Notes under the pieces: model-generated
The model's input: only the letters and a program-made list of their open reading frames with translations
The model's database searches: none
What the model was told of the DNA's origin: nothing
Made by a program: the position numbers and the translations under genes
In this document: positions 43,845-54,239 of the stretch, piece by piece
Layout of the letters: every line of letters starts with the position of its first letter
Position numbering within the stretch: position 1 is the stretch's first letter
NCBI GenBank assembly: GCA_023334545.1
Contig: JAADVB010000084.1
Coordinates: forward strand, 3,358-67,357
Direction: 5' to 3'
Source: Salisapilia sapeloensis CBS 127946
Lineage: Eukaryota > Protista > Oomycota
DNA: 64,000 nucleotides

Positions 43845-45233
43845 CTAGATCTGGGAATGTCTCGCGGATACTGGCCACAGCGTCTTTTGGGATCCTAATT
43901 CACATAACATGACTATTTCGGCGTAAGAAGCTACAAAAGTAAATGCATACGATGTGTATCGAAAGTTGATCTTCTTGAGCTTCTTCCGCGGAGGCTCCTC
44001 TGTGTCCGCAGCGTCGTGGGCACTCGGACTGGGTGCCGGAGCCGCCTCTGCTTCTGTGAACGCACCCATCTTGGCGTTGACCGTCGACAGAATGGCCTAG
44101 AGACCACGTTAGACGAGGCTTTTTCAAAAATAAAAAGATGGAGGCGTACGTCGGCTGTAAAGGTCTTGACGCCGCACATGTCCAGCTCCTCTAGGTTCCT
44201 CCCGTTCGTCGCAATGTAGTGCAGCAGTCGATCTCTACTAGCTATAAGTACCCAAGCGTACCTTCGGACCATGATAGCTTACGTGATGGCTCGGTTCCAG
44301 TGGACGTGGAGCTTGGCCACAGCGTCTCTCTTGGTCAGAAGAGAAATGACGGCATCGTCCGAGACGTCGCAGTATCCGATACTGAGGCTCCTAAGCTTTC
44401 TGCACTTGCTCATGATCGTCTTTAGGGCTCTAGTTTATACACACGTGAGGGTTCCATCTACTAGTAGAGAGAAGGAGTCGTACGCATCTGTAATCGGTTG
44501 TCCTGAGACGTGGACGAGAGAGAACTTGGCGTGGTTCGGGTGCTTTTCAATGAGCTTGAGGATGGCTGGCAGGGTCATGTTAAAGTCTCCTCCGATATCA
44601 AACCCCTAGAGGCGATCAGCAGACGTACTAGCCTATAGGATAGATAAAGGGAACCTGCAGCTTTGGCGCCATGTCCTGCAAGTAGCCCAGCGTCTTGTCA
44701 CTGAGCTTGCGGCAGTTGCTCAGGTTGATCTCCTTCACCTCTGCAGAGCGTCAGACATTCGGAAGCATGCAAACGATCGCTTCCACTCACCTGTACAGTG
44801 CTTCAATAAGACCTCGATGGCGTCGTCTGTCAGTCGAAAGCAGCCAGACAGGTTGACCGTGTGGAGCTTGGGGCATTTCGGTGCCATCTAGGAGCAGCCA
44901 CAGCAATCAGTCTCCTATCCGTCTACCTTTTGCAATCTAGTCTACTCGCTCGATGAACTTGGTGGTGATTTTGCCACCGACAACCTCCAGCCTCGTCATG
45001 CTCTCGTCAAAGAACGAGAGCGGAAGGACGTCGTCCGTGAGCTTGCCGCCCTGCAGCAGCGCCTTGAGGATTTCGTTCTTGACGCGATGCATCCTCGACT
45101 TGCTCGGCTTGCAGATACGGTAGGCTCTATCTAGACTGGCGTCATTGATGTAGTCCTTCGGGTCGGCCCCGGCCTTCGTGAACTCCTTGAGGACGAGGTC
45201 CTCTAGCGGCGGCACCTGTCGACGGAACGCCAT
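43845..45233 (-). CDS. AMN1/RNI-like leucine-rich-repeat protein (multi-exon)
   Basis: [10 protein letters not shown]-term; LRRs [36 protein letters not shown] spread over several short exons. Confidence 0.65.
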
Positions 45234-45294
45234 GCGTGTGCCTACAAAACGCGAGTCAAATTGGAAAGAAAAGAGAGGTATATTCTTTTCTTAT

Positions 45295-46140
45295 CTAGTT
45301 GTCGAAGGCATGCATCTCGTACACGTCCTTGGCCAGCACGTGCTTGAAGCCGTCCTCCTTGAACAAGTAGACGTTGCAGATGCCGCCGCTGAAGGCGTCT
45401 CGGTGGGTCGCGTGGTAGATGGCGCGAGAGCCGAGCTCGACGGCCTCGTCGTCCGTCAGGTCCGACCGGTAGTTGGTGTCCAAGACGCCGTAGGCGTACG
45501 TGCTGCCGGAGCCGACCGAGAAGAGCGGGTGCGTCTCGCTGGCCTTGGTGCGAGAGCCCTCGTCGTCCACATAATAGAGCGTCGGCTTTCCCTCGTCGTA
45601 CCCCATCATCATCATGCCGATCGACATGCCGTACTGCTTGTAGTAGTTGCACGTATTCGCGATGAGCTTGGAGGCAGCTCGCACCGAGATGCGGTGGCGG
45701 TTGCGCAACTCGTACATGCGGCACTGGACGGCCAGGTTGCGCTGCCAGAACTGGCAGTCGGCGGCGCCACCGGCCAGCGTCGCGAGGATGTAGTCGTTGA
45801 TCGGGTTGATCTTCTTGACCTGCTGCGACGCGATGAACGGACCCATGGTGGACCGAGAGTCGACTGCGACGCAGACGCCGCCGTCGTAGATGAAGGCCAA
45901 GGTCGTCGTACCCTTGGCGAATTTGAGCTGCTGCTCGTTGTCGCCCATGTACTCGACCTTGAAATTCGCGCGCGAGTACTCAGCCGGGTCCGCCACGGAC
46001 GGCAGGAGGAAGCCAGGGTGGCCCAAGGACTCGGTCTGGTCGTCCTCGTCGACATCGTTCTGTCGAGGAAGGGTGTCTGGCATGGCGCCGAGCGACGGCA
46101 TGGTCCGCTTGCTTCTCATAAAGTCGATCGAGAGGCTCAT
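45295..46140 (-). CDS. PSMB5: 20S proteasome subunit beta type-5 (chymotrypsin-like) with propeptide
   Basis: KGTTTLAF (catalytic Thr1), DSRSTMG, GGAADCQFW, FSVGSGSTYAYGVLD, HATHRDAFSGG. Confidence 0.97.
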   Translation of the reverse strand: MSLSIDFMRSKRTMPSLGAMPDTLPRQNDVDEDDQTESLGHPGFLLPSVADPAEYSRANFKVEYMGDNEQQLKFAKGTTTLAFIYDGGVCVAVDSRSTMGPFIASQQVKKINPINDYILATLAGGAADCQFWQRNLAVQCRMYELRNRHRISVRAASKLIANTCNYYKQYGMSIGMMMMGYDEGKPTLYYVDDEGSRTKASETHPLFSVGSGSTYAYGVLDTNYRSDLTDDEAVELGSRAIYHATHRDAFSGGICNVYLFKEDGFKHVLAKDVYEMHAFDN

Positions 46141-46592
46141 TCTTCTTCTCTTGTTTCTCTTGTGCTGGTGTCTTGGATCGCTGTCTCTTATGACATGTCT
46201 TCCGAGGTACCAGCAGCTCTTCCGCCCGCCAAGAGGCGCATGCTCAACTAGTAGCTACTAGGCCCCAAATGCACATTGCACTTTAGAAAGTATCCTTCGT
46301 GCTAGTTCAAGAGTATGCAGTAGGGTGTATAGACATGAGCAATGTTCAGGAGTGCATACCACGACGTCATTGGAAAGATTGATCTAGTATCCTTGCAGTC
46401 TAGATTCATCTACTAGATTCCATGTCTACTTCCTACTACCTATCCTTCCTCCTAGCATCCATCTTCTCCACGAGGACTGCAAGAGGCATCTAGCTTAAAA
46501 AACGCCCATGCAAGCTCCTCCAAAGTGGTAGCCATGGGGATTTGTTGTAGTCGACAAGTGGTGTCCGTCCGCCACAAGCTCCTTGACATCCC

Positions 46593-49037
46593 ATGAAGTT
46601 CGGCAAGCAGCTAGAGCTATCAGCGACGCCCGAGTGGCGAGACTCGTACGTCAAGTACAAGCGCCTCAAGCGCCTTATTAAGCGCGTGGCGTTCGAGATT
46701 GAAAAAGAGGAGCGCAAGGAGGAAAAGGAGAGAGCCAAGAGCCCAGCTAGTGCCGGTGCGACCAACGGAACCTTTGCTTCCTCCTCCTCTCCTCCCCAGC
46801 AGACCACCAGAGTCAATGTGAACGAGACCCAGCCACTTTTGGCCACGACGGAAGACGGCGTCCAGGGCGCGAGGAACGAGTTCTGGAGCGTCGTCCACCA
46901 GAACCTGCGTGTCGTCAATGACTTCCACAGCGCCAAGATCACTTCCCTACGCAAGGCCGTGCAGGACTTTGAGAACGACCTGCTAGACGAACAGATCCGG
47001 TCCCATGGCCACGTCCACTCTCGCTCTCGAACCTACTCCCAAGGTCCTCCTCCTCCACCTCCATCCTACCACCAACGATACTCATACGCCCTTAGAACGG
47101 ACCTTTGCTGCCCTCCAAGAGATCTACGACACGCTCGTCGACCTACGTACGTTCGTCCAGATCAACCACTCTGGCTTCCGTAAGATTGTCAAAAAGGTTT
47201 TGGTTGGATCTAGCTCTGCTCCTACTCCTGTCTAACACTCTCTCCTAGTACGACAAATCGACCGGAGCCAAGACCCTGCCAGAGTTCATGACGCGACTGA
47301 ACCAACAGCCTTTCTACGCCTCCGACGATGTCGACAGCCTCCTCAACCGCATCTTCATGATGACTTCGAGAGACAAACTGGAGGCTGGGAACGTCGAGCG
47401 GCGCATCAAGATCAAGCAGAGTGAGGAGAACACGCTCCTGCGCAAAGTCAAGCGCGTTCCGTTCGGCGTCTCCGTCTGCCTCTTCATCCTCCTCCTGGTC
47501 TTCGACATCATGCCGGAAGGAGACCAAGTGCAGCAGAGGTGTCTCGCTATGCTCGTCTTCATCACGTCTCTGTGGGTGACGGAAGCCCTGCCGTACTTTG
47601 CCACTGCGCTGCTGGTGCCTCCGCTCGTCGTCTTCCTCCGCATCCTGGACGACCCGGAGCGCCCCGGAGAGCTCCTGGACCCCAAGTCGGCCGCAGACGA
47701 CGTCACGTCCAAGATGGTCAACCACACGACGCTCCTGATCATGGGCGGGTACGCCATCTCGGCCGCCTTTGCCAAGTGCCAGATCGAGCTCTACATCGCC
47801 GCCGCGCTCCAGCGGCGGTTCAAGAAGAAGCCCAACCTCTTCCTCTTGGCCATCATGCTCATGGGGCTCTTCTTGTCCATGTGGATCAGCAACCACACGG
47901 CGCCCGTCCTCTGCGTCTCCGTCCTGTTGCCCATCATCCGAGACTTCCCCACCGACAGCACCTACGTCAAGACGCTGCTCGTCGGACTCGCCTTCGCTTG
48001 CAACCTCGGAGGCATGATGACCCCCATCTCGTCTCTCCAGAACGTCCTGGCGGTTTCTTTTCTGGAGAAAGCTGGCTACGTCGTCACCTTTGGCAACTGG
48101 ATGGCGCTAGCAGTCCCCTTCTGCACCATCTCCACCGTCCTCGTACGTCATGGCATGTCGTTTTCCTATCACCTCTAGCTAATCTTGTATAAAAACCAGT
48201 GCTGGGTCTTCCTCCTCTATGTCATGGACCCGCAGGACGCCCAGTTCATCCCTCAGATCGTGTACGACCAGCGGCAGAAGATCAGCTCCATGCACATTGC
48301 CGTCGTAGCACTCAGCCTCCTCACCATCTTCCTCTGGGCGACACTGAGCGTCACGGAAGACGTCTTCGGAGACCTCTCCGTCGTCTCCCTCCTCTTCATG
48401 TTCTGCATGTTCGGCAGTGGCATGCTCAGCCAGTTCGACTTCAACTCCTTTTCTTGGCACATCCTCTTCCTCATCGGAGGAGGAAATGTCCTGGGAGACG
48501 TACGCTTTTCCTACTTTAGCTACAGAAGCCCAACTAACCCACATGCCTAGGCTGTCAAGAGGTCTGGGCTGCTGCAGACGCTCAGCAGCTCGGTCATCCA
48601 CGCGCTGCCCGACAGCAGCGTCTGGGTCGTCACGGCCTCCCTCTGCTTCCTTGTCCTGGCGCTCACCACCTTTGTCTCCCACACGGTCGCCTCCATCATC
48701 CTCCTCCCTATCATCGTCGACATGAGCGTCGACATCGGGCACCCGCACATCCCAGTTATCTGCTGCGCCCTCGCCATCTCCGCAGGTACTCTCTCTCTTT
48801 CGTACATCTAGCTCTAGTCTACTCACGCTACGTACAGCCATGGCGCTCCCCTTCTCCTCCTTCCCCAACATTAACTCCCTCCTGGTGCTCGACGACCACG
48901 GACAGTCCTACCTCCAGGTCAACGACTTCCTCCGCGTCGGCGTCCTCTTCTCCCTCATCACCGTCGTCCTCATCCTCACACTCGGATTCGGACTCATCGT
49001 CGGCGTACTTGGCTACTCGATCGAGCCAAAGTTCTAG
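46593..49037 (+). CDS. SPX-domain SLC13/CitMHS low-affinity phosphate transporter (Pho87/Pho90/Pho91-like), multi-exon
   Basis: MKFGKQL..YVKYKRLKRLIK and INHSGFRKIVKK (SPX); LWVTEALP, SMWISNHTAPVL, CNLGGMMTPISSLQN, FSSFPNIN. Confidence 0.9.
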
Positions 49038-49134
49038 GTTTCTACAGCCTCCATCACACCTAGACGTAGCAAGACAAAGGATTGGAATAGACACAAGCAT
49101 GTCGACGCTGTATTCGTTCTCTCGTTCAATAGAC

Positions 49135-49428
49135 CTACTGCGGCGTCTGGCCTGCCGCGCCAGTCTGCTCCTGCTGCTGCATGATCTCCGCGTAGCTCTC
49201 CTGCAGCCGGACGGACGTACGCATCGTGTGGCGCAAAAGTTTCTCGGCGCAACTGTTCATGCACGAAAGCTCCTTGTCGTCCAGCTTCTTGCTCCGGAAC
49301 GAATGGACGCAGTCGTTGAAGCAAAGCTCCACCGTGCGGCTAAAGTACGCGATCGTCTGCGTCACGCGCATCTCCTCGATGTGCTCCTCCATCTTCCGCT
49401 GGAACTCGCGCTCTTGTTGGTTGCTCAT
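49135..49428 (-). CDS. TIM9: Mitochondrial IMS chaperone Tim9 (twin CX3C)
   Basis: LCFNDCVHSFRSKKLDDKELSCMNSCAEK. Confidence 0.85.
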   Translation of the reverse strand: MSNQQEREFQRKMEEHIEEMRVTQTIAYFSRTVELCFNDCVHSFRSKKLDDKELSCMNSCAEKLLRHTMRTSVRLQESYAEIMQQQEQTGAAGQTPQ

Positions 49429-50056
49429 CTTGTCGCTACGATCCGCTCGGCTCGACTTTAGTGGTGGCAGCGGTGGCCTATATTCAGTTTCAGAGGACTC
49501 TATTAAATATGGGAGGTATAGAGGAAAACAAACAAGAGACTTGGGTCAGTATCTGCCGATGCGGATATGCTGATGCGTCCATGGCTTACTTCCATACATG
49601 AGATATTCTGTAATAGTACTCATCTTGCCTGTTATAAAAATGACGGAAGGCTCAGATTACCATATCATCCCAACATGACCATATTCACTTACAGAATCCT
49701 ACATACGCTTCAATTGTCCATGATAGACGTCATACGAGTGACCCCGTAGCCATGTCCATCAAAACGGACGCGCAAGGTAGTCAAACAGATGAGGCAGAGA
49801 ACCACTACAAGATAATACTGGCATGTACCTAAACCCTACGTTTTAGATAAAACGGTCCAATCAGAAGTGCGTCCTACACCCATCTCTCATCGGAATCAGT
49901 CCATCCGAGAGCTGCTCAGATCCTCTTCCTCCAGAGCAGTTCCTTGCTACGTAGACCCACTCGCACGTCCTAAAATATTCTCATTGCCACCACCATCAGA
50001 CGACAGACGACAGATCTCTGCCTATTAAACTGTTAAACTTTTCGTGAACTATTGAG

Positions 50057-50966
50057 ATGAGGCAGAATACATGGGGAGCGTGGCTCGACCGGCTCGAGAG
50101 CGCTCGATCGCAGGAGAATAACATTTCCAGTCAATTACGCAATGGGAATGCAGACAACGTCGGTGCGAGCGTGTTCTCGCTGCAGCAAACTGTGTCGCGA
50201 TTGAAACGCGATTTCAGTCAGCTCGAGCGATCAAGCTCGGATGATGTGTACAATTCCTATTGTCTTCAAGTGCATTGACTTTGGCTGACAGTATTTTGAC
50301 AGGACGGAAGATGAAATGCAGCGTCGAAAGCAAGTGCTCAAGCAGCTAGATGAAAGCACAGTAGGACTCTTTGCCATTTCACGTCTAGACTACGGAAGAT
50401 AGCACGTACTTACCACTCTATCCAGCAAGCAGACGTGAGTGCCTATGACCGGCGAAAGTCTAACGGAGCAAGGTGCTGCTCATATCAATTTGCTTCTGAT
50501 GAGGACCATCTAACATACGCGGTAGAGGACAGAATGGCAACGACTACCACCGCAACCTCCTCGGCATGCAAAACCAAATTATGAAAGGTATGTCTACAAT
50601 ATGCAAATGGCCTATTGCACTACATCTGACTCGTGTCCTCTAGATCAGGACGACCAGCTAGATCTCATCAGCAGGGGTGTCTCCAACCTCCGCAACTACA
50701 GCAACGCAGTCAGGGACGAGTCAGATCTGCACACGCGACTGCTGTCGGATGTCGGCAATGATGTGGAGAAAGCAACGGGCGGTCTCGAAAGCGAAGGAGC
50801 GCGCGCTGACTACGTGCGTTCATTTCTTTTTATAATGGCTCGTCTTGTAGTCTTATTAATGTATCCAACGTAGGTGGCGCGTCAAAGCAGCAACTTTAAG
50901 CTGTACATCATCATTATCATCCTCATCGCCATCCTCATCCTGCTGCTCATGCTCGGCAGCGGATAA
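50057..50966 (+). CDS. Qc-SNARE (syntaxin 8/SYP5-like), multi-exon
   Basis: Helical N-term; SNARE motif DQDDQLDLISRGVSNLRNYSNAVRDESDLHTRLL; C-terminal TM KLYIIIIILIAILILLLMLGSG. Confidence 0.8.
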
Positions 50967-51252
50967 GGCGATTGCTTTCTTTCAAAAGGTCCTGGTGGGA
51001 CTGGCCGATGAACCGCCACTAGGTACGCAAATAGGTGGACATTGAATTCCTTCAAGACCAAATCAAAAAATATCCGTCGTCATTTTTGTTTATTCCGTCT
51101 TATCACTCTTCTTATACCTTTGGACTGTTCTCTGTCGTGGAGTCCGTCTCGGCTGCTTCTTCTGCAGATCGTTCTTCATTATAAACCGGAGCACATCGTA
51201 AATCACTCGCACCTATGTTCATTTTAACACTTGTAAAATGTACAGAGCGATA

Positions 51253-51701
51253 CTAGTCTTGGAAAGCAAGTACATTGTTGAGGAAAACGATGCTGGACAA
51301 CCCAATCTGCACACATGGAAGCAGTGGAAGCGTAGGAGCGTCGTACAGTTTCTTTGCCGGTAGAAAGATGTCACCGTAGAGCGTCAGCAAGGAGAGGAAC
51401 ATGCCAAAACGCACAAACTACGCATACGCACGCACATTGTCGATAAAATCCATATGCACATGACTAAGCATATCAATCTACTTACAAGGCTTGGATTGCG
51501 AAAGTAAGCTGCTGTGGATGCGAGAGACGCTGTCATACGAATCCAGCCAGCTTTGGTGCCGCTCGCGATGTAGCAGCCGATGAGGACAACTAGCAGCACA
51601 GCCTGAGCGTACATGAGTCGGTCGGTCCTCACGCTACGTCCACTCTTTTGGGCAGGACCCCAGAGAGCTTGGTGCACGCTTTCGTGCTTCAAGATGACCA
51701 T
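51253..51701 (-). CDS. Small multi-pass membrane protein (~127 aa, 2 exons)
   Basis: Exon 1 51701-51486; intron 51485-51418 (GTAAGT...GCGTAG, phase 0); exon 2 reads FVRFGMFLSLLTLYGDIFLP..VQIGLSSIVFLNNVLAFQD*; 3-4 hydrophobic segments. Confidence 0.6.
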
Positions 51702-54239
51702 TTTTGACTTGCCGCCCTTTTATCAGTGTGAATGAGCTGATTGAGGATGAAGAGACGTAATCCAATTAATACTTGATACAGCGGTAACTGAGATTTTGAT
51801 CCTAAGAAGAGGAACAACGCTATGTATATGAATACTGGTCTACTAGAAACTTTTATTCAAGTTGTGATACTTTTGAATGACGGACCGATGCTACGAACTA
51901 CATGCATTGCAGCTCAAATACTGTTCTAGTGACCGTAGCCATCAAGATTCAGCATTTAAAACTACGCAGCCGACAGAGTTGCTCTTTATGACGGGCGCTT
52001 ACAATAAAAGCCAACAGCTGACAATGAGCTGGATATAAGTATCTGTTTGAAATGTCCTACACTACAGTGGTGCCTCCCCTGACATCATTTGGGTTATAAC
52101 CTCTGGCTCGATCCTACTAGCTAGTCCAGACGCACCGATCAGCAAAACAACACTGCATAATTGTGATTGATACAACTCGTGCACCCATATCTTTCAGTGT
52201 TGCTGTCAAAGAGATGGGGCAGGACACATTTGGTTGACCCAGCGAAACAGGACGAACTTATGGGTTACAGCTATGCATCAAAAGATTTTACAATGAAGTT
52301 ATTCACCCAGTAAGCCCCCAGTCGAGATCATTGTGGGCTGCAGCATTAAACTGAATCATCTACAGGTAAACAAAAACGAAAATAAACACGGTAGTAATTA
52401 AGCATACCGTAGATGTAAAAACTGCTATCTAGACGTCAGAAAGCACTTCAATTGCTACGAACTGCTTATAGAGCAAGAAGAAAGATCACGATGTACCACC
52501 TACACTAAGCAGAGGGTAAACGACATGAGTTGAAAAGAACGAGCTCATTGCCGCAATTTGAGAACTGCAAAAAGATCAGAGGTTTTTACGAAGAATCTCA
52601 CAAATTTGGCTACTACCGTAATGTAAGTTTTGTTATTCCATGTTGCCTACAACTACTGCGCTAGACACTGGTCATACGCTTCCTGATGTAGCTACAAAAT
52701 TAAGCAGAATTTCACGGACATAATCTGGTTTTAAAAAGATGATGAGCATATAATTGCTTTAGCGTACTCTGTTATCGTTGATTTCCATGGATGCTCTGGC
52801 GCTGGATTATGTGGAACGGATACAGTTGCCACATTAGTTGTGTGTTTTGTAACAAGCCATCTATAGCAAAGCATTGCTTCATACTTTCGTCCACGACTGA
52901 TCATTTGGAAACTCAGCCGGTATCTACCACCAACCTACACAAGTAATGCAAATGTTGTAGCAGAAAAAGAGGATACATTTATTTGTTTCTCGAGCTGGAG
53001 CTCCAGTAATTAGTCACACATGTGCAAATAGTGGACGCCATACCCGTCTACGCCGGTGCTTGATTAATATGTACTGGAACAAGCATTAGATTTCATACGT
53101 GACTTTACGCCTTTTCACCTCACTTTCAATTGGAGAACATATCAAGCTACGACAAATCTTATCAACATACCGTTATTGCTTCTATCCGAGCTTAGAATCA
53201 AGTAGATTTCCCTATCACTGAACCCGCATATTTTAAGACACTGGCAGCTACACCAAGTTATAATTTTATACGCATACCTCTAGAGCAAAATGAAATAATG
53301 CAATGTATAGCCTCGAGCTCGTGTCGCCTGACAAGTTGAAGCGAATACGCTTACTGTTTAGTATGAGTTTCCTTACGCGTAATGTTGATCGAAAGAAGAC
53401 ATACACCTTTCATACACATATACTACTGCAGATAAGTTAAGATAAAAATACAAACGCTTTCTAGCAATCAGAGAAGCAGTCATGAATAACAGGGATGCAG
53501 TTGCTCTTTTAATCTTTTACCGACACGTTATGTCTTTCCCATCTAAAAGGTCTTACATGCAGGCAGTCAATGACCTAAAACATACAGTATTGAAACAAGC
53601 TGCGGACCATCTCGGTAAACATTTTGTATATGATTCTGCTATTAAGAGATCTTCTCACGGGTAAACAAGTATCATCTTTACTGATTTAAAGCGTTTATCG
53701 ATTACATGCAGAGGCGGAACTCGCAGCAATGTATCAAATAGGTTTTCATTTCCAAACCTTCTTCGAACTCAAGTCGTCAAAGTATCGCCTTCAAAGGTCA
53801 GACCTTCAGCCTTTCAAGAAAAAAGCCCCCACCTGAGGCTCTAGAAGAAGGATAATTATGGCGGAGATGGGCTCCGCACCGCCTAGAGTGATGGTTACGC
53901 GGGAAGTTTGACATTATACGCGGTGGAAAAGACGACCCGATTATCACGCGAGCTACTTACATACAAGAGCACCAATAGGGCACATTAGCCAACACACTTA
54001 ATAAGTATTACACATGACCAAACAGCTCTGTCCAAGTTCACACAAGAGCAGCATATGAGGAAATAAGACAGCAAGCTTAAACGAAAAAATCACAGCCTGG
54101 CCCAAAATGTTGTTTATAATTTGCAAAAGCTCTGGATGGACATTATATTTCAGAAGGGACTTCGCATCCATGTGCCTCAGTACCACAAATAGACTTAAAT
54201 GTTCTCCCTGCATTGACGCAATTCAATTCGACGCTTTAA

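Noticed and set aside
28072-46140. PI31 and PSMB5 as a proteasome gene cluster
   Set aside because: 16 kb apart with many unrelated genes between; chance co-location.
51702-53820. Left shoulder of the gene-free region as a decayed element
   Set aside because: The frames I translated gave no recognisable transposase, RT, integrase or TnpB motifs.
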